A stretch of DNA of 60,263 nucleotides. Source: Pseudobdellovibrionaceae bacterium (GTDB lineage Bacteria > Bdellovibrionota > Bdellovibrionia > Bdellovibrionales > Bdellovibrionaceae). The notes below the pieces were generated by a model. That model was not told the origin of the DNA and searched no databases. It worked only from the letters and a program-made list of their open reading frames with translations. Of the stretch, positions 57,132 through 60,263 are shown in pieces. The translations under genes and the position numbers were made by a program. Each line of letters opens with the position of its first letter. Position 1 is the first letter of the stretch. The stretch covers positions 1 to 60,263 of the forward strand of contig JAYTTH010000316.1 of NCBI GenBank assembly GCA_043745515.1, read 5' to 3'.

Positions 57132-57290
57132 TCATTGATGACACCAGTCTTCAGCCGCCTTTTTCTTTAAAGCGACATTGGGATCGTCCTTAAGGTGGCT
57201 TCCCTTAATTTCGACAAGCTCTAATTCTGCTTGATTTTTTCTTCGCACAAAAAATGGTGGAGGCGGAGTCGCCTTCGTAACTCGTTGATA
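57132..57290 (-). pseudogene. start-less relic resembling the C-terminal PD-(D/E)xK nuclease core of a restriction/helicase-type protein
   Basis: Frame YQRVTKATPPPPFFVRRKNQAELELVEIKGSHLKDDPNVALKKKAAEDWCHQ*. The (Y)TP..F.V ... lvEiKG ... K..aa..W pattern fits. There is no start codon apart from an internal GTG. Confidence 0.3.
57252..57267 (+). repeat. core repeat copy 3 (AAATGGTGGAGGCGGA)
   Basis: Exact 11-mer shared with copies 1 and 2. The reverse complement TCCGCCTCCACCA would give a G3:U70-type acceptor arm, but no T-arm or 5' half is present. Confidence 0.8.
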
Positions 57291-57316
57291 CTATACACTT
57301 AATTTTTTGGTGTCCA
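57288..57316 (-). promoter_or_regulatory. sigma70-like promoter (copy B of the duplicated promoter-like module)
   Basis: Minus strand: TGGACA-17 nt-TAGTAT (overlapping TATAGT). Its flanks match copy A (ACTTTACTT[A/G]GACACCAAAAA and TAGTATCA). It fires into the nuclease relic. Confidence 0.4.
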
Positions 57317-57384
57317 AGTAAAGTCCAAGTTGGTGTGGCGTATTTTGATGATATCGTTGGTGAGAAGATGGGATATGGCGGGAA

Positions 57385-57963
57385 CTACATTTCCTTCGTA
57401 ATGATCTTCTCGATTCTTTTATCTGGAATTAACCAAATCAGGGCCACTAACGTGTATATTGCAAACGACACTTTCGGCATCCAAAATGAGACAGGGATTC
57501 CTAAAATATAGCATCCCAAGGAAATATGTTCTTTAAACTTGTTTCCAATAGCCTTGTGAATAGTTGAATCAGAGTCGTGATTCTTTAATAAGCTTAATGG
57601 GACGAAGTAGTAACTAACTGCACAACCCAGCAGTATTATTCCATAAAGCGTAACAGTCATATCTTCGAAGTGGTTTTCCCCCATCCAGCCCGATGCGAAT
57701 GGAATAAGTGACAGCCAAAAGAGCAGAAACATATTTGCCCAAAGTACACGCCCATCAACACTTTTGACGGATTGAAACAGATGATGGTGGTTATTCCAGT
57801 AAATGCCCACGTACAGAAAGCTAATGACATAGCTCAAGAAAACAGGAAACAAGTTGAAAAGTGCTGACAATGAAGCTTCATGCGGCACTTTTATTTCTAG
57901 AACCATAATAGTGATAATAATTGCTATCACACCGGCACTAAACGCCTCTAAACGACCTTTATG
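57385..57963 (-). CDS. TMEM175/DUF1211-family putative K+ channel (paralog 2)
   Basis: RLEAFSAGVIAIIITIMVLEI, YVGIYWNNHHHLF, WLSLIPFASGW. Start at MHKGRLEAF by analogy with paralog 1. The ORF is open to 58011. Confidence 0.75.
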   Translation of the reverse strand, partial: HKGRLEAFSAGVIAIIITIMVLEIKVPHEASLSALFNLFPVFLSYVISFLYVGIYWNNHHHLFQSVKSVDGRVLWANMFLLFWLSLIPFASGWMGENHFEDMTVTLYGIILLGCAVSYYFVPLSLLKNHDSDSTIHKAIGNKFKEHISLGCYILGIPVSFWMPKVSFAIYTLVALIWLIPDKRIEKIITKEM

Positions 57964-58018
57964 CATAGCCGCACTCCCACTGTGCTCCCAAGATAATTTC
58001 GGGGGAGCCATCCATCTT

Positions 58019-58801
58019 TTACTTATTTAATGCTTTTATAATTAATTGCGCAACGGCTTTGCCAGAGTTTTGCTGTTGACCAGTAATAAGGTTCTTATCT
58101 TGGATCGCAAATGGCGAAAACGCAGGCTTGGCAACATACTTTGCGCCTATTTTTTTTGCCTCGTCCTCAATCCTAAACGGCATTACCTTCTGACCGACTA
58201 CTTTATCTGCAAAATCTTCTTCAGAGTTGGCAAAACCAGTCATCCGTCTGCCCTTAATAAAGGGCTTTCCATTTTTATTCTTTAAATCAAGTAGCAAAGC
58301 TGTACCATGGCAAAGTGCCGCCGTAGGTTTGCCCGTGGTGTAGAAGTCCATAAAGAGTTTTTGCAATTCATGATTATTTCTAAAGGTAAACATTGGTGAC
58401 TGACCACCAGCAATAACGATGGCTTTATAGTCCCCCAGTTTGACTTGCGAAATTGGCATCGTATTTTCCCAAAGTTTTGCTAACTCTGGCGTGTTTATAA
58501 AACCCATAGTAATCAAATCATGCTTTGAATATCCCGATTTATCACGAGGATCACTGTAGGCATCAAGCTCAACGTTCCCACCACTAGGGCTGGCAATTTC
58601 AACAGTATAGCCTGCTTCGGTAAATTCCAGGTAGGGATGGGTAAACTCTGCACCCCAAAAACCAACTGGCCAACCTAGTGTCGTCGACTTAGACGGGTTT
58701 GCTACCACTATTAAAATTTTGCCTTTTGAAACTTGCTGATCTGTCGCATGTGCGCTTGAAGCAAAGACAGATAGAAGTGCTGTAATTAAAATTTTCTTCA
58801 T
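58019..58801 (-). CDS. secreted DJ-1/PfpI-family (type 1 glutamine amidotransferase-like) protein
   Basis: Signal peptide MKKILITALLSVFASSAHA. Nucleophile elbow AALCHG. Confidence 0.8.
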   Translation of the reverse strand: MKKILITALLSVFASSAHATDQQVSKGKILIVVANPSKSTTLGWPVGFWGAEFTHPYLEFTEAGYTVEIASPSGGNVELDAYSDPRDKSGYSKHDLITMGFINTPELAKLWENTMPISQVKLGDYKAIVIAGGQSPMFTFRNNHELQKLFMDFYTTGKPTAALCHGTALLLDLKNKNGKPFIKGRRMTGFANSEEDFADKVVGQKVMPFRIEDEAKKIGAKYVAKPAFSPFAIQDKNLITGQQQNSGKAVAQLIIKALNK

Positions 58802-58818
58802 TGATGATTCTCCTTTTT

Positions 58819-59457
58819 TTAATTTTCTTTCACGAGCGAAAATGCAAATTCTCGACCCATGCCGAATTTATAAGCCGTCTTGATCCATAAAAGTGCGAAT
58901 GGCTCTAAAAGGCGGCTCGACTTAATGTCCCCAGCCTCAAGCGGCTGAAATCCAATTTCTTGGATAAGATTTTGGGTTTTGTGACGTGCCTCTTCGTCAT
59001 TACCACAAAAGTACATAGCTACTTTTCGATCCTCTATGGTTGGATTGGCCATTATATTGAATCCAACCGTATTGAATGCTTTTATAACTTTTGTCTTTGG
59101 TAAGCTTCTCTGCAAGGACTCGCCACCTGAATCATCACCAGATATGACAAGACCAGATAGGTCTATTTTCAGCGGATTCGTGCAGTCGACTAATATTTTT
59201 CCTTCAAGATATTTAGAGTATTCCTTAGCTACTGCTTCTACTGAATTCCAAGGTGTAGCTAAAAAAACAATCTCACTGCTTTCAATAGATTCCAGCACGG
59301 ACATGACCTGAGCGTTTGCACCGATCGACATTGCGAGTTCATTTACTTGCAAGTTCGATATATCCCTTGCCCCAAGAAACAGAGAGTGGCCCTTGGCGCC
59401 AAACCTTTTTGCAGGCGTACCGCCAACTTGCCCTGTGCCGATAAAACCAATTTTCAC
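58819..59457 (-). CDS. NADPH-dependent F420 reductase-like / NAD(P)-binding oxidoreductase
   Basis: Rossmann motif MKIGFIGTGQVGG. GTG start with AGGAGA upstream. Divergent from a LysR regulator. Confidence 0.7.
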   Translation of the reverse strand: MKIGFIGTGQVGGTPAKRFGAKGHSLFLGARDISNLQVNELAMSIGANAQVMSVLESIESSEIVFLATPWNSVEAVAKEYSKYLEGKILVDCTNPLKIDLSGLVISGDDSGGESLQRSLPKTKVIKAFNTVGFNIMANPTIEDRKVAMYFCGNDEEARHKTQNLIQEIGFQPLEAGDIKSSRLLEPFALLWIKTAYKFGMGREFAFSLVKEN

Positions 59458-59529
59458 GTTTAATCTCCTTTAATTAACCTAATTATGACCTCTATTTAAA
59501 TTGAAACAAGATACTTAATATGGGAATAC

Positions 59530-59550
59530 TTGTTCCATATTATGGAACAA
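59530..59550 (+). promoter_or_regulatory. LysR-type operator candidate (T-N11-A style inverted repeat)
   Basis: TTGTTCCAT-ATT-ATGGAACAA has perfect 9-bp arms. The right arm contains the LysR start codon at 59542. Confidence 0.5.
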
Positions 59551-60263
59551 TACCCAAATCTAGAATCAATTTTTCTTTTTATAAAGGTTGTCGAGTCATC
59601 AAGCTTCTCTAAAGTAGCCAAGCAGCAAAACGTACCTAAGGCTACCCTCAGTAGAAAAATCAATCAGCTTGAAAAATTTTATGGCGCTCAACTGCTTGTC
59701 AGAAATACTAGACACATTCAGTTGACTGAAGTTGGACGTGAAATTTTTCACAAATCAAACTCACTTTTGTCTTTACTTGAGGAAACTAAAGCCGATGTTT
59801 CAAAAAAAAAAGAACTGCCACACGGTCTTCTAAGAGTTACTGCAGGAGTGGAGTATGGCTTAAGCGTGGTTTCGCCTTTGGCAAATGCGTATTTAAAGAA
59901 ATTCCCTGATATAAACGTAGAACTCGATCTGACTGGACGTAGAGTTGATTTGATATACGAAGGATTCGATCTTGGCGTAAGAATTGGTCCTCTTGAGGAC
60001 TCGTCACTCGCAGTGCGAAAAATCGGGTCTTTTAAATATGGTCTTTTTTGTAGTCCAAAATATTTTAATGAAAACAAAATTATGAGTGTGGAAAAGTTAT
60101 CCAAAGTAGCTACTGTGGGGTTCACCAGGACGGGCAATAAAAAGTCATGGACCCTCGTTAATAAACTCGAAGAAAAAGCTATCAACGTAATGCCTAGATT
60201 GGTTTCAAACAATTACTGGGCGTTACTAAGTGCCGCTGAATCAGGAATGGGTGTAGTTTTCAT
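59542..60263 (+). CDS. LysR-family transcriptional regulator (3' end beyond the window)
   Basis: MEQYPNLESIFLFIKVVESSSFSKVAKQQNVPKATLSRKINQLE wHTH, then a LysR substrate-binding domain. The frame is open to the window edge. It is absent from the ORF track because it has no stop. The 59748-60212 minus ORF is its antisense shadow. Confidence 0.85.
   Translation, partial: MEQYPNLESIFLFIKVVESSSFSKVAKQQNVPKATLSRKINQLEKFYGAQLLVRNTRHIQLTEVGREIFHKSNSLLSLLEETKADVSKKKELPHGLLRVTAGVEYGLSVVSPLANAYLKKFPDINVELDLTGRRVDLIYEGFDLGVRIGPLEDSSLAVRKIGSFKYGLFCSPKYFNENKIMSVEKLSKVATVGFTRTGNKKSWTLVNKLEEKAINVMPRLVSNNYWALLSAAESGMGVVF

Noticed and set aside
1-60263. CRISPR arrays, IS elements, transposases, integrases, prophage blocks, rRNA
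   Set aside because: No regularly spaced repeats, no DDE/tyrosine/serine recombinase motifs and no structural phage genes were seen. The only mobile-DNA hints are the short direct repeats and the AbiE cassette at 54.3-57.3 kb.

Overview
AT-rich (about 40% GC by eye), gene-dense bacterial chromosomal segment with about 70 protein-coding loci on both strands. I found no rRNA, foldable tRNA, CRISPR array, transposase or integrase. Core-type genes are a DEAD-box helicase, RadD-like helicase, RlmI-like methyltransferase, DctA, GH1 glycosidase and an SRAP protein. The rest is accessory: three sensor kinases (one hybrid), three LysR regulators and one ArsR regulator. Secreted hydrolases are an S1 protease, a C1 papain-like peptidase and an M14 peptidase. 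There is also a large set of small stress or detoxification proteins: SRPBCC/AHSA1, VOC, MAPEG, pirin, DJ-1/PfpI, GFA, DoxX, Rieske and a CDF transporter. The protease-rich, AT-rich, lipoprotein-rich content is compatible with a Bdellovibrio-like or Bacteriovorax-like organism, but that is inference only. Three things stand out. (1) An uncharacterised partner-switching-like module at 20588-22383: a GHKL/anti-sigma-kinase-like protein plus two divergent STAS-like paralogs that share a novel C-terminal extension. (2) An unusually high density of gene lesions. There are six in-frame stops using all three stop codons, several frameshifts, and two genes with ATA where ATG is expected behind a good Shine-Dalgarno sequence. 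There are also several promoterless gene relics hidden in apparently intergenic DNA. (3) A small islet at 54.3-57.3 kb in which an 11-nt core (AAATGGTGGAG on the plus strand, CTCCACCATTT on the minus strand, resembling a tRNA or tmRNA 3' end) recurs in direct orientation. The copies bracket small cassettes, including an AbiEi/AbiEii module with an intact antitoxin and a broken toxin. All functional calls rest on motif recognition by eye. No database search was run.
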